DNA from: an uncultured Arcobacteraceae bacterium
GTDB taxonomy: Bacteria > Campylobacterota > Campylobacteria > Campylobacterales > Arcobacteraceae
DNA: 64,000 bases
NCBI GenBank assembly: GCA_964022095.1
Contig: CAXHZO010000002.1
Span: 192,001 to 256,000, forward strand
Direction: 5' to 3'
Shown here: in pieces, positions 10,031 through 20,338 of the stretch
Layout: each line of letters opens with the position of its first letter
How positions within the stretch are numbered: position 1 is the stretch's first letter
Position numbers and translations under genes: made by a program
Notes under the pieces: model-generated
The model's database searches: none
Told to the model about the DNA's origin: nothing
What the model saw: only the letters and a program-made list of their open reading frames with translations

Positions 10031-10277
10031 AATTAATGCTCGAAATTCATTATTTATAGTATTAACTATTTTCATATTTGGCTTAGCCTTATTTATACCA
10101 AAAATATATCTAAGAAGTAATATTTATTATGTAAGTAAAGATATTAACAAACTTTATGCGCACTATATATCATTACAAGAAGAGAATAAGTTTTTGGTAC
10201 AACAATTAGAAGATATGAAATTTAAGAATCAAATTATAGATTCACTTCTTTTTAATCCTTTAAATCAGGAAAAATAA
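10023..10277 (+). CDS. FtsL-like small bitopic coiled-coil protein
   Basis: One TM helix plus coiled coil, directly after rsmH. Confidence 0.6.
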   Translation: MIKINARNSLFIVLTIFIFGLALFIPKIYLRSNIYYVSKDINKLYAHYISLQEENKFLVQQLEDMKFKNQIIDSLLFNPLNQEK

Positions 10278-13200
10278 ATGATAAAACCAATTATAGAGTT
10301 TTCTTTACGAAAACCAATTCTAAATCATTTTATATTAATCTTCGTTTTTTTATTAGCAATATTTGCATACTTTAAAATTCCAAAAGAGATATTTCCCCCA
10401 TCATCTTTAGATGCAGTTTCTATAAATGGTTTTTATACTGGTGCTAGTTCAGAGTTACTTGATAAAATAGCAGTTGCTGATATAGAAGATGAACTTCTAG
10501 GTCTTAGCAGTATTGATACAATCTCTTCAACTATTAAAAATGGTAGTTTTTCAATTAGAGCAGATTTAAAAGATGGTTACGAATCAAATATTGTTGTTGA
10601 TGATGTAAAAGATGTTGTTACAAAAATCAAATCAAATTTACCTAGTGATATGGATGAACCTACTGTAAAAGCAATAGAACATGCTTTTCCTTTAATAAAT
10701 GTTTCTGTTAGTTCGAAACAAAAAGAATCAAAAGAGTATTTAATTCAAATTGCAGATGAAGTGAAATCTAGGGTAATGCAACTAAAAGATTTATCTCAAG
10801 TATCTGTTTTTGGAAAAAGTGATAAAGAGCTATTAGTAAGTTTTAATGATGAAAAAATAGATGCCTATGGCCTTAGTAAGTTATCAGTGATAAATGCTGT
10901 ATCTTCAATTAGTACAATTTTCCCAATTGGTATGATTAAAGATAGTTCTAGGCACTATTACTTATCAACTTTCAATGGTGAAAAAAATATAGAAAACATT
11001 AGAAATACAAAACTTAGAATAAATAATACAAGTTTGTATTTAAAAGACATTGCAGATGTCAGATTTACCTTAGGTGATGTTGCTAATATCTCTCATTTTA
11101 ATGGCAAAACAAATATTTCTGTAGGTATTAATAAAGGTGAGAATGGAGATTCAATAGCTTTAGTAAAAGAGATAAAACAAATTACTAAAGAGTTTGCAGC
11201 TAAATATGAAAATTTAGAGTTTAATACTTATATTGATACTTCTGTATGGATTAAAAATAGATTAAATACTGTAACTTCAAATATTATATTTGGACTTATT
11301 TTACTTTTTATTGCTTTGTTTTTCTTTATAAATATTAGAATCGCAATTGTAATCGCAATTGGTATTCCAACATCATTTATGATAGGACTAATTGGTGCTG
11401 ATTATTTAGGATATAGTTTAAATATGCTTTCACTTCTTGGGGCTTTAATTGCCCTTGGAATGTTAGTTGATGAAGCCATTGTTGTGGGTGAAAATATCTA
11501 TAGGCATTTAGAAATGGGTAAAGATAGATTCACAGCAGCAAGGGATGGTGCCCTTGAAATGTATCCAGCAGTTTTAACAGCAACTGCAACAACAATTTTT
11601 GCATTTTTACCAATCTTAATGATGACTGGTGAAGTAGGGAAGTTTATGCAAATACTTCCAGTTATGATTACAATTTTACTTTTAAGTTCACTTGTTGAAG
11701 CATTTTTCTTTTTACCACTTCATGCACAAGAGATTTTAAAAGTAAGTAAAGATGAAAGAAAATCTCATAAGGTTTGGGATTTTAACTTTAGACTTTATGG
11801 CAATATTTTATCTTTTTTATTAAAAGGTAAGTATATTTCAATCGCTGCTATGATTGCTATTATTTTTGGACTTTCATATATTATTATGACTACACAAAAA
11901 TTCAAGTTTATGCCTTCTTTTGACTCTACTCAAATTTATATTACAGGTTCTGTAGGAGTTGGGAAAAAAATTGAACAAACTGAACAAATGGTATTTGATA
12001 TAGAAAACAAGATATTAAGTGCAGTTAATTTAGAAAATGTAGTTGATTCAATTAGTTCTGTTACAGGAATGAAACTTGATGGTAAAAACCAACCACACAA
12101 TGAAGAGTTTTATTTTCAAATATTTATTAATCTTTATGAAAGAGCACCTACTAATGTTTTTGAAGAGTATATAAATCCATATTTATCTCCAAAATATGAT
12201 GATACAAATATGATTAGAACTATTAGTGCCCAAGAAATGGAAGAGAAGTTAAAACAGATATTAAAAGATGAAGTTGCTTCAGGTGATTTTGAAGAGTTAA
12301 AGATATTTGTACCACAAGCAGGAATTATAAAAAATGATGTTGAAATTGCAATTAGTGGAGATAATAAGGAAAACGTAGCTAATGCTGTAAAAAAATTAAA
12401 GCAAAGCTTAGGAAGTATTAATGGCGTTTCAAATATTGCTGATGATTCTTTAATTGGAAATTATGAACTTAAATTTAAAGTAAACTCTTATGGGAATGAT
12501 CTAGGAATAACAGAAGAGAGTGTTTTAAATCAATTAAGACCTTTTTACTTAAAAGGAACATACTCAAAAATGTTTGATGAAAAAGGTATTGTTGATGTTG
12601 TTTTTGAAAGTAGACAAAAAGATATTTTAAGTAGTTTAGACAGTTTTGAAATAGTTACAAATGCTAATCAAAAAGTACTTTTAAAAGATGTAGTACAGTT
12701 TGTTAAGATTCCAGCATATTCTCAAATATTTAAAGAAAACAATCAACAAATTATTAGTGTAACAGCATCACTTAATAAAGTTACATCTACAGAAGTTTTT
12801 GAAAAAATTAATCCTGTAATACAAGAGCTTAGACAAAAAGTTACTCTACAGATTAAAGGTGAGCAAGAAGAGAATGAAAAAGTACAAAAAGAGATGGCCC
12901 AAGCTGCACTTATAGCTATTGTTCTAATCTTTATGTCTTTAGTTTGGATGTTTGATTCTATTGTTAAACCACTTATTATTATAAGTACGATTCCTTTATC
13001 AATATTAGGTGTATTAATAGGACATGTAATTATGGGGATAAATGTTTCAATGCCTAGTTTAATTGGAATGGTTGGACTTGCAGGTGTTATTGTAAATGAT
13101 GGAATTATTATGATGGATTTCATTAAAAAAGCAAAAGATTTAGACGATATGATTAAACTTGCTAAAATGAGATTAAGACCTATTTTACTCACATCTGTTA

Positions 13201-13364
13201 CAACGGTATTAGGATTAGCTAGTTTAATCTTCTTTGCTTCAGGACAAGCATTGATTTTACAACCAATGGCTATCTCTCTTGGATTTGGTATTTTATGGGC
13301 TACAGTTTTAAATTTATATTTTGTACCTATGATTTATAGAGTTATTTATTTAAGAAATAAATAG
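10278..13364 (+). CDS. RND efflux permease (AcrB/AcrD/AcrF family)
   Basis: 1028 aa; GMLVDEAIVVGENI and RLRPILLTSVTT motifs. Confidence 0.93.
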   Translation: MIKPIIEFSLRKPILNHFILIFVFLLAIFAYFKIPKEIFPPSSLDAVSINGFYTGASSELLDKIAVADIEDELLGLSSIDTISSTIKNGSFSIRADLKDGYESNIVVDDVKDVVTKIKSNLPSDMDEPTVKAIEHAFPLINVSVSSKQKESKEYLIQIADEVKSRVMQLKDLSQVSVFGKSDKELLVSFNDEKIDAYGLSKLSVINAVSSISTIFPIGMIKDSSRHYYLSTFNGEKNIENIRNTKLRINNTSLYLKDIADVRFTLGDVANISHFNGKTNISVGINKGENGDSIALVKEIKQITKEFAAKYENLEFNTYIDTSVWIKNRLNTVTSNIIFGLILLFIALFFFINIRIAIVIAIGIPTSFMIGLIGADYLGYSLNMLSLLGALIALGMLVDEAIVVGENIYRHLEMGKDRFTAARDGALEMYPAVLTATATTIFAFLPILMMTGEVGKFMQILPVMITILLLSSLVEAFFFLPLHAQEILKVSKDERKSHKVWDFNFRLYGNILSFLLKGKYISIAAMIAIIFGLSYIIMTTQKFKFMPSFDSTQIYITGSVGVGKKIEQTEQMVFDIENKILSAVNLENVVDSISSVTGMKLDGKNQPHNEEFYFQIFINLYERAPTNVFEEYINPYLSPKYDDTNMIRTISAQEMEEKLKQILKDEVASGDFEELKIFVPQAGIIKNDVEIAISGDNKENVANAVKKLKQSLGSINGVSNIADDSLIGNYELKFKVNSYGNDLGITEESVLNQLRPFYLKGTYSKMFDEKGIVDVVFESRQKDILSSLDSFEIVTNANQKVLLKDVVQFVKIPAYSQIFKENNQQIISVTASLNKVTSTEVFEKINPVIQELRQKVTLQIKGEQEENEKVQKEMAQAALIAIVLIFMSLVWMFDSIVKPLIIISTIPLSILGVLIGHVIMGINVSMPSLIGMVGLAGVIVNDGIIMMDFIKKAKDLDDMIKLAKMRLRPILLTSVTTVLGLASLIFFASGQALILQPMAISLGFGILWATVLNLYFVPMIYRVIYLRNK

Positions 13365-13366
13365 CT

Positions 13367-14788
13367 CTATAGTTTTGAAGCATTTTTAACAATACTTTTT
13401 ACCATATTATTAAAAACTAAATAGTGAATTGGTATTAATCCATACCAATATAATCTACCTAATAAACCTTTTGGATAAAAGTATGCAGATTGAATTAATT
13501 TATTATTCTCTATTTTAAACTCTAACCAAGCACTTCCTGGTACTTTCATTTGAGCAAAAAGTAAAAGTCTTTCATTCTCTTTAATATCAACTACTCTCCA
13601 AAAATCTAAACTCTCACCAATTCTAAGTTCATTTTGATTTCTTCTTCCTCTTTTTAATCCTACTCCTCCAATTATCTTATCAATGAAACCTCTAATTTCC
13701 CAAAGAAAATCATAATCGAACCAACCTTTATCTCCTCCAATACTCATAAAGCTTTTATAAACTTTTTCTTTTGAGATATTTGAAATATCAAGCTCTTTTC
13801 TATCAAAAAATATTGCACTGTTAATCTCTTTTGAGTGATCTTTATCCCAAATAATACCGCTATTATCACTCCATCTACTTATCACTTGATTTTGTTCTAT
13901 TTGTTTGATAGCTTTTTTTACACTATCATAAAATGATATTGGTTTTATTTGAGGAAAATATTTTTTGGCATTGTCATTTTGTATTATTACTTCAGATTTT
14001 AAACCTTCAATTAATGCTTTTGCAACTGTAAAAGGTACTGGCGTAAATAGATTTAGCCAATAAGATGAAAGGTTTATTGATAAAAAGGGTAGGGGTATTA
14101 AAACTCTTTTTAAATCTAATGCCTTAGCAGTTTGAAGCATCATTTCTTTATATCTTAACTGTTCACTTCCTATATCAACTATAAGATTTTCATCATATTT
14201 CAAATATAAGCTTTGTACCAAATATTGAATAACATCATCAACTCCAATTGGTTGAGCTTTTGTATTTACCCATTTAGGTGTAGTCATAATAGGAAGTTTT
14301 TCAGTTAAGTGTCTAATAATTTCAAAGCTAGTACTTCCAGAACCAATAATAACACCAGCTCTTAAATATACTGTTTGAACGCTTTGAGAAGAAGATAGGA
14401 TCTCACCAGTTTCAATTCTACTTAGAAGGTGCTCACTAGTATTTTCATCTTTAATACCAAGTCCACCTAGATATATAACTCTTTTTACCCCACATTGCTC
14501 TGCAACTTTTATAAAGTTTTCAGCTGAAATTTTGTCTAGATTTTTATAGTCATTACTATTTAGTGAGTGAATTAGATAGTATGCTGTATCAACTCCTGTT
14601 AGTGCAGCTTTTAAACTATCTATATCAAAAGTATTACCCTCAAATATTTCTATATCTGCGTTTTTAGTTGAAGATAATGTTTTTTTGTTTCTTACAAAAA
14701 GTCTTAGTTGTATATCTTTTTTTTCTAGAAGCTTTTGCTTAAGTCTTCTTCCAATGTATCCATTTGAACCTGTTAATAATACTTTCAT
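13367..14788 (-). CDS. SDR/NAD(P)-binding oxidoreductase with C-terminal DUF2867 (YbjT-like)
   Basis: LTGSNGYIG Rossmann motif, AYYLIHS, LDFWRV, GLLGRLYWY. Confidence 0.85.
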   Translation of the reverse strand: MKVLLTGSNGYIGRRLKQKLLEKKDIQLRLFVRNKKTLSSTKNADIEIFEGNTFDIDSLKAALTGVDTAYYLIHSLNSNDYKNLDKISAENFIKVAEQCGVKRVIYLGGLGIKDENTSEHLLSRIETGEILSSSQSVQTVYLRAGVIIGSGSTSFEIIRHLTEKLPIMTTPKWVNTKAQPIGVDDVIQYLVQSLYLKYDENLIVDIGSEQLRYKEMMLQTAKALDLKRVLIPLPFLSINLSSYWLNLFTPVPFTVAKALIEGLKSEVIIQNDNAKKYFPQIKPISFYDSVKKAIKQIEQNQVISRWSDNSGIIWDKDHSKEINSAIFFDRKELDISNISKEKVYKSFMSIGGDKGWFDYDFLWEIRGFIDKIIGGVGLKRGRRNQNELRIGESLDFWRVVDIKENERLLLFAQMKVPGSAWLEFKIENNKLIQSAYFYPKGLLGRLYWYGLIPIHYLVFNNMVKSIVKNASKL

Positions 14789-14853
14789 AATAGACTCTTT
14801 TTTTATTTATTTTAGCATATTAATAAGTTCATATATACATACAGAATTCCTTT

Positions 14854-16122
14854 TTATAGTATTACTATTCCTAAAACTCTATTTAAAATATTGTTATTTT
14901 CATCAAAATCTTTTAAGTGTTTTCCAGGTTCTAATGTAGTAATTGTAGCTTTTCCTACAATGTGTCTATACTTCTTCCCCCATTTGTTTTTTAGTCTTAC
15001 ACTCCACATATTGTGCATAACTAAGGGCTCATCTTCATTTTGACCAATATAAAGCATGATATGACCTTTTAAATAAACCAAAGTAGAAAAAGGAACACCA
15101 TGTTTTTTTATGAACTCTTTTTTTTCTTTTTTATTTAGTTTTGATACATCTAGATATTCACCATTTTTTATTTGTGCTTTTGAGTTTCTATGCAAATATT
15201 TACCAAAAGGAGTAAAAAAATCCTGAGTAAAACTTGAACAATCTCTGTTGTTTAGAAGTCCACCCCATCCATAAGGTTCATTCATCATCTCTTTTGCTAT
15301 TTTAACTCTATTATCTTTATTAAAAGCAATTGGCATTTTTTCAACTTCATTTGTTAAATCAACATGAATTAATTTGGCATTTTGATTAAAATCAGGTTTT
15401 GCAATCATATATCCATTTTCATCTTTTGGAAATATTGTTCCTATTTTTACATACTCTCTAAAGATTACATCATAAACTGGAAACTTTTCTTTTGTAGCTA
15501 CATAGTAATTATTATTTTTAAATTTAGAAATAAACTCTTCATTTACAAAAGCAATATCACTAATACTTACCCATCCTCCAACAATTGAAGCTTGAATGTA
15601 TGCCCAAGCTTTATCTTTTGAGAAGTGAGAAACAATAATAGGTGTGTTCATTTTTAAAAGAGAGTTTTGATTATAATCAAAAGGAAACCCTTCACCTGGC
15701 TTTTTAGGATTATAAAACATCACTGATTTTGTTGGTAAAACTCTAACATTACTATTTATTAGTGTAATTGCTTTTTTGTTTATAGTGTTATACTCTTCAA
15801 AATTTGAATTATCAATTTGTTTTTCAAACCACTTTTTGCTTGCAAGTTTATGGTTTTCTAAATAGATTTTTTTAAATTTATACCCATGTCCCCACATAGC
15901 ATCAGTTTTACTAGATGTAAGTTTACTTAAACTCCATGGAGCAAAATATTTTTTATAATAGTTATTTGCTTCTTTTTGTTGATTTAAAGTAGGTTCATCA
16001 ATGTTTTGATTAATTTTTCCTAAATCTTTTTTATTAAAATCATTTGGATTTTTTATTGAACAAGCTGTGAAAAAGACTGTTATTGTTAAAGCTAAAGTTA
16101 GTGCTTTGTAGTTAAATTTCAT
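14854..16122 (-). CDS. NlpC/P60 family SH3-domain lipoprotein (cell-wall peptidase)
   Basis: Lipobox FTAC; PYGWGG, DCSSF, GHIMLY. Confidence 0.88.
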   Translation of the reverse strand: MKFNYKALTLALTITVFFTACSIKNPNDFNKKDLGKINQNIDEPTLNQQKEANNYYKKYFAPWSLSKLTSSKTDAMWGHGYKFKKIYLENHKLASKKWFEKQIDNSNFEEYNTINKKAITLINSNVRVLPTKSVMFYNPKKPGEGFPFDYNQNSLLKMNTPIIVSHFSKDKAWAYIQASIVGGWVSISDIAFVNEEFISKFKNNNYYVATKEKFPVYDVIFREYVKIGTIFPKDENGYMIAKPDFNQNAKLIHVDLTNEVEKMPIAFNKDNRVKIAKEMMNEPYGWGGLLNNRDCSSFTQDFFTPFGKYLHRNSKAQIKNGEYLDVSKLNKKEKKEFIKKHGVPFSTLVYLKGHIMLYIGQNEDEPLVMHNMWSVRLKNKWGKKYRHIVGKATITTLEPGKHLKDFDENNNILNRVLGIVIL

Positions 16123-16180
16123 ATAAATACGACCTTCTAAAAATTTAGAAGATTGTATCTAAATATAATTATTTAAATAA

Positions 16181-17341
16181 TTAAAATTGAAATTTTTTAT
16201 TTAATTTGAAGAAATATAATACAGTTTTATATTGAACAAATATAAACGGTAACATTAAAGCAAAATAAGCAATAGAATATTTAGTTATAATTCCATTAAA
16301 TGTAAGTCCAAAGTTAATAAAAAACATTCCTAAAACCATAAAAGCAACACCTGGACAAATAAGTGCAAATGATATAGAAGATCTATCTTCAGAGTGAATA
16401 TATTTATCAAAATAACCAATGCTTTTCATGATTTTGTATCCAAGTAGTCCAAATAATATCTGTAAAGATAATATTGCTGATAATGTAATAAATAGATTTG
16501 TTTTTTGTATAGGGTCTTGGAAGTTATGATCTAATCCAAATGATAATCTTACAAATGTTATACCTAATAGTGTTAAAATAGGTATTATAATCCATAATGA
16601 AGGTGATGCTTCTATTGATATACCATTTTTAAATATACTTTTAATTCCAATAGTTAATTTAATAAATATTAATAAAATTGCTAATGAAGCAAAAAATATT
16701 GACCCAAAAAATGCAATGGCATTAATTACAATATTGTGACTCATCGCTGCAGGTGCTGCAAATCCAACTGCAACCATTGAAAAAGCGAAGATTGACATCA
16801 TTTGTGATAAGTTGTTATTTGTAGCAAAATCAAAATCACCTTTAATAATAAGTCTTGAAAAGTAATCAGAAAATATTTTTAAAGCAAAATACCCAGTTAC
16901 AATAAATCCAATAAGTGCAAATGGAAATAAAAATTGAACAATTCCCCATAATCCTGGAATAAATACAGCACCTAAAACAAAACAAACATTAATAGTCATT
17001 GTAAAAGTTAATGGAATAGCCATTAAACTTACCTGTGCATTTGAATTTTTCAAGTTTTCATATTCAACTGTTTTTTTATATTGATTAAACTGTTTTATAT
17101 TGAAAATTAATAGTTTAAAATGAAAAAATGCAAATGTTATTATAAATACAAGTGAAAAAGCAATTACATAAGATAACCAATCACCTTTTAATAGTGCTGG
17201 TAAAATTATATCAAACGTTGGCATCGGTGTTTTTGGATGAGGAACTAGGAACATTAAATACATAAAAAATGAAACACTTAATCCTCCTGCACCTAATGAA
17301 GCTAAGAAGCACATTGGTGAAAAGTTTTTTCTATAAGTCAT
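16181..17341 (-). CDS. tsoY: TsoY family multi-pass membrane protein (Cys form)
   Basis: N-terminal SPMCFLASLGAGGLSVSFFMYLMF, NNLSQ and FALICPGVA; about 10 TM helices. Confidence 0.7.
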   Translation of the reverse strand: MTYRKNFSPMCFLASLGAGGLSVSFFMYLMFLVPHPKTPMPTFDIILPALLKGDWLSYVIAFSLVFIITFAFFHFKLLIFNIKQFNQYKKTVEYENLKNSNAQVSLMAIPLTFTMTINVCFVLGAVFIPGLWGIVQFLFPFALIGFIVTGYFALKIFSDYFSRLIIKGDFDFATNNNLSQMMSIFAFSMVAVGFAAPAAMSHNIVINAIAFFGSIFFASLAILLIFIKLTIGIKSIFKNGISIEASPSLWIIIPILTLLGITFVRLSFGLDHNFQDPIQKTNLFITLSAILSLQILFGLLGYKIMKSIGYFDKYIHSEDRSSISFALICPGVAFMVLGMFFINFGLTFNGIITKYSIAYFALMLPFIFVQYKTVLYFFKLNKKFQF

Positions 17342-17503
17342 AAATTCTCCTTTTAATTTTTGAGATTGTACCTATTATTATTTTAAATACTTATAAATAT
17401 TATATAAGTATTAATTATAATAGTATTATTGAAACTTATCTCTTATATAAATTACTAAGTTATTTGTCGCTATAGTAAAAAATATTTTAACGGAAAAAGA
17501 TTT

Positions 17504-18346
17504 ATGCATAAAATTTCAGTCTCAAAAGAGCAGTTTGAAAACATATTGTTAAAAAAAACTAATCTTTTAAAAAAAGAGAATAGTAAGTACTGGAAAAAAG
17601 AATTAATAGATGCAAGAATCGTCAATAATAAACTCTCTTATAGTGTAAAGAAAGTTGATAAATTGACTCTTACAAACGGATTAGGTGACGATAAGCCATT
17701 AATGATTGTTGAGTGCTTAGATATTGTTTATGCTCCATCTAAGGAGTGTTTTGAATTTCATTTAGGAAAAGTTTTAGAGCAAAAGAACACTCAAATGCAA
17801 GAGGGATATAAAGATATATTAATTGAAAGATTAATAAAAGAGAAACTACAGTTAGAAAATAGTTTGAGTTTAGATCATTTGACTCAAGTATTTAATAGAA
17901 GAAAAATGGAAAGTGATTTAGATAGATTTATTAATCAAAAAAACTCTTTTATGTTAAGTGCTATATTTATTGATGTTGATAGATTCAAAGGGATAAATGA
18001 TAACTTTGGACATGATACAGGAGATAAAGTTTTAAAGCATATTGGTAAAAAATTAAAGTTTTATGCAAAAGAGTTAAATGGAGAAGTTTATCGATATGGA
18101 GGAGAAGAGTTTGTAATTTTTGCTTTTATTGCAAAAGATAGAATTCTTGATATTTTAAATAAACTTAGAATAGATATTAAATCTGAAAAAATATATCATC
18201 CTAAAAGAGATATTTCTATAAGTGTTAGTATGGGAATTTCATATTATGATAATTATAAAGATAAAAACCTATTTATCAAAAATGCTGATTTAGCTGTTTA
18301 TGAAGCTAAAAGAAATGGTAGAGATAGAATTGAATTTGCAATTTAG
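17504..18346 (+). CDS. GGDEF diguanylate cyclase with N-terminal ASCH/PUA-like domain
   Basis: DHLTQVFNRR, DVDRFKGINDNFGHDTGD, RYGGEEF. Confidence 0.9.
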   Translation: MHKISVSKEQFENILLKKTNLLKKENSKYWKKELIDARIVNNKLSYSVKKVDKLTLTNGLGDDKPLMIVECLDIVYAPSKECFEFHLGKVLEQKNTQMQEGYKDILIERLIKEKLQLENSLSLDHLTQVFNRRKMESDLDRFINQKNSFMLSAIFIDVDRFKGINDNFGHDTGDKVLKHIGKKLKFYAKELNGEVYRYGGEEFVIFAFIAKDRILDILNKLRIDIKSEKIYHPKRDISISVSMGISYYDNYKDKNLFIKNADLAVYEAKRNGRDRIEFAI

Positions 18347-18385
18347 TAGTTAAACATAATTAACTACTAAATTGACTACTTTTTA

Positions 18386-18661
18386 TTATTTGGCAATTTT
18401 ATCTGCAATAGCTTGCATAGTTGCTTCATCCATATTTTTAACTTGATTAATCATTAAAACTTTTTTTGCTCCACCATAAGTTCCATCTTTATAACCTTTT
18501 AATGCAGAAACAAATTGTTCTTTTGTTAATGTATTAATTGCAACTGGTGACATTCCTACTTTTTCACCTGCTGGACCATGACATGCTATACATTTACCAT
18601 AAGGGTTTGCAAATGCAACACAAGCTGTTAATAATGAAGTAGCTAAAATTATTTTTTTCAT
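18386..18661 (-). CDS. Monoheme cytochrome c553-like
   Basis: Signal peptide, CIACH, YKDGTYGG, distal Met. Confidence 0.92.
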   Translation of the reverse strand: MKKIILATSLLTACVAFANPYGKCIACHGPAGEKVGMSPVAINTLTKEQFVSALKGYKDGTYGGAKKVLMINQVKNMDEATMQAIADKIAK

Positions 18662-18756
18662 TTTTGATTTCCTTTTTATGAAATAGAATACACAATTTTA
18701 TAATAAAAAAGTTAAAATAATATTGATGTGGGTCAAATAAAGAGAAGTTATTCTCT

Positions 18757-20328
18757 TTATTTTGTAGTGATTTCTCTTTTTAATTCTTCTTTATTTATTC
18801 TATTTTTATCAGAAGGTATCAAAGGAAGTGATTTTTTATATACGATTTTAGAAGGGATCATATATGAAGCTAAATGCTTTTTTAATTCAAATAATATTTC
18901 ACTAGAGTTAAGTTCCGATAGTGCAGTATAAACTAAAACTATCTCTTCTTCAATCTCTTCATTTTCAATTGAGAATACTGCACATCTTTCAATTTGCTCA
19001 ATATTTGAATGTACAACTTCTTCAATTTCATATGGATTTACTCTAAATCCTCTTGTTTTAATCATATCATCATGTCTTGATACAAAGAAGAAATATCCCT
19101 CTTCATCTTTATAAACATAATCTCCAGTTTTTACAACAACTTCATCTCTTAGTTGTCCTTCAAGGTTGATTACATTTTTTAAAATATCAATTGACTTAAA
19201 TCTCTCTTGAGTCTCTTTAGGTGCATTCCAAAAACCTTTATAGATATAGCCACCTCTGTGAATTAACTCACCTACAACTCTAGGAGCACATTCCTTTCCA
19301 TTTTCATCTATTACATATAGTTCTACATCAGGAATTGCTTTTCCAATTGATTTTGGTCTAATTTTTAATTGTTCAGGATCTAAATAAGTTGATCTAAATG
19401 CTTCAGTTAAACCATGCATTGAATAAAATTTTGCACCTGTAAAGTATTTTTGTGTATCATCAATCATTTTTTGAGTTACATTTCCACCTGAAGAAGTTAT
19501 GGTTCTCACATTTTTAAGAAGTTCACTACTTGGTAATCTATGTTCATCTTCATCAAACATATCAGATATATTAATAGGCATTATAGGTAATACTGTAATA
19601 TTATCATTTATAATATGATTAAAGAAATCATTTGGTAAAACAAATCTATGAAGAGCTAAAGTTGCTCTTTTATAAAGGGAACAGAAAATTTGATTTAAAC
19701 CATAGTCTAAGTTAAAAATCAAAAGACCAGAAATTACATCTTCTTCTTTTAGCTCTAAATATTGAGATACAACTCTTGCACTGTCAATTAAATTTCTATG
19801 AGAAATTACAATTCCTTTTGGTTTTCCACTAAGTCCAAATGAGTAAGTAATAACTGCATTATCATGTCCATTTACATCACAAGAGTAGGGCTTATTATAA
19901 TATTTGTATATCTCTTCAAATGATGGCAAGTCTTTATGTGTAGTTTCATAAGATACTAAATGACCATCAAATTTAATCTCTTCGATTGATTCTATTTTGA
20001 TCTTATCAGTAATAATACACTTAATATCACAATCTTCAATTATATACTCAACTTGTTCTGGTTTTAGTAGTTTTGTTAGTGGCACTAATACATAATTCGT
20101 TGAAAGTATTGCTAAAATTGCAATTACTTGATCAACACATTTATTAGAGTAAATACCAATTCTACTACCACTTGGCAAATCAAGCTCATCTAAATAATAA
20201 GCAATTTGATTTACTTTAGTAAACAGTTCACTATAAGTTAATTTTTCATTCCCAAATACTAACGCAACTTTGTCTGGGTGCGATACATTTGCATCTTCTA
20301 TTAATGTTCTAATACAATTTATTGACAT
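18757..20328 (-). CDS. AMP-forming ligase (ANL superfamily; resembles exosortase A-associated acyl-CoA ligase family)
   Basis: GKPKG, GLTEAFRSTYL, SIGKAIP, GELIHRG, TGD, DDMIKTRGFRV. Confidence 0.85.
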   Translation of the reverse strand: MSINCIRTLIEDANVSHPDKVALVFGNEKLTYSELFTKVNQIAYYLDELDLPSGSRIGIYSNKCVDQVIAILAILSTNYVLVPLTKLLKPEQVEYIIEDCDIKCIITDKIKIESIEEIKFDGHLVSYETTHKDLPSFEEIYKYYNKPYSCDVNGHDNAVITYSFGLSGKPKGIVISHRNLIDSARVVSQYLELKEEDVISGLLIFNLDYGLNQIFCSLYKRATLALHRFVLPNDFFNHIINDNITVLPIMPINISDMFDEDEHRLPSSELLKNVRTITSSGGNVTQKMIDDTQKYFTGAKFYSMHGLTEAFRSTYLDPEQLKIRPKSIGKAIPDVELYVIDENGKECAPRVVGELIHRGGYIYKGFWNAPKETQERFKSIDILKNVINLEGQLRDEVVVKTGDYVYKDEEGYFFFVSRHDDMIKTRGFRVNPYEIEEVVHSNIEQIERCAVFSIENEEIEEEIVLVYTALSELNSSEILFELKKHLASYMIPSKIVYKKSLPLIPSDKNRINKEELKREITTK

Positions 20329-20338
20329 ATTATTCCCT

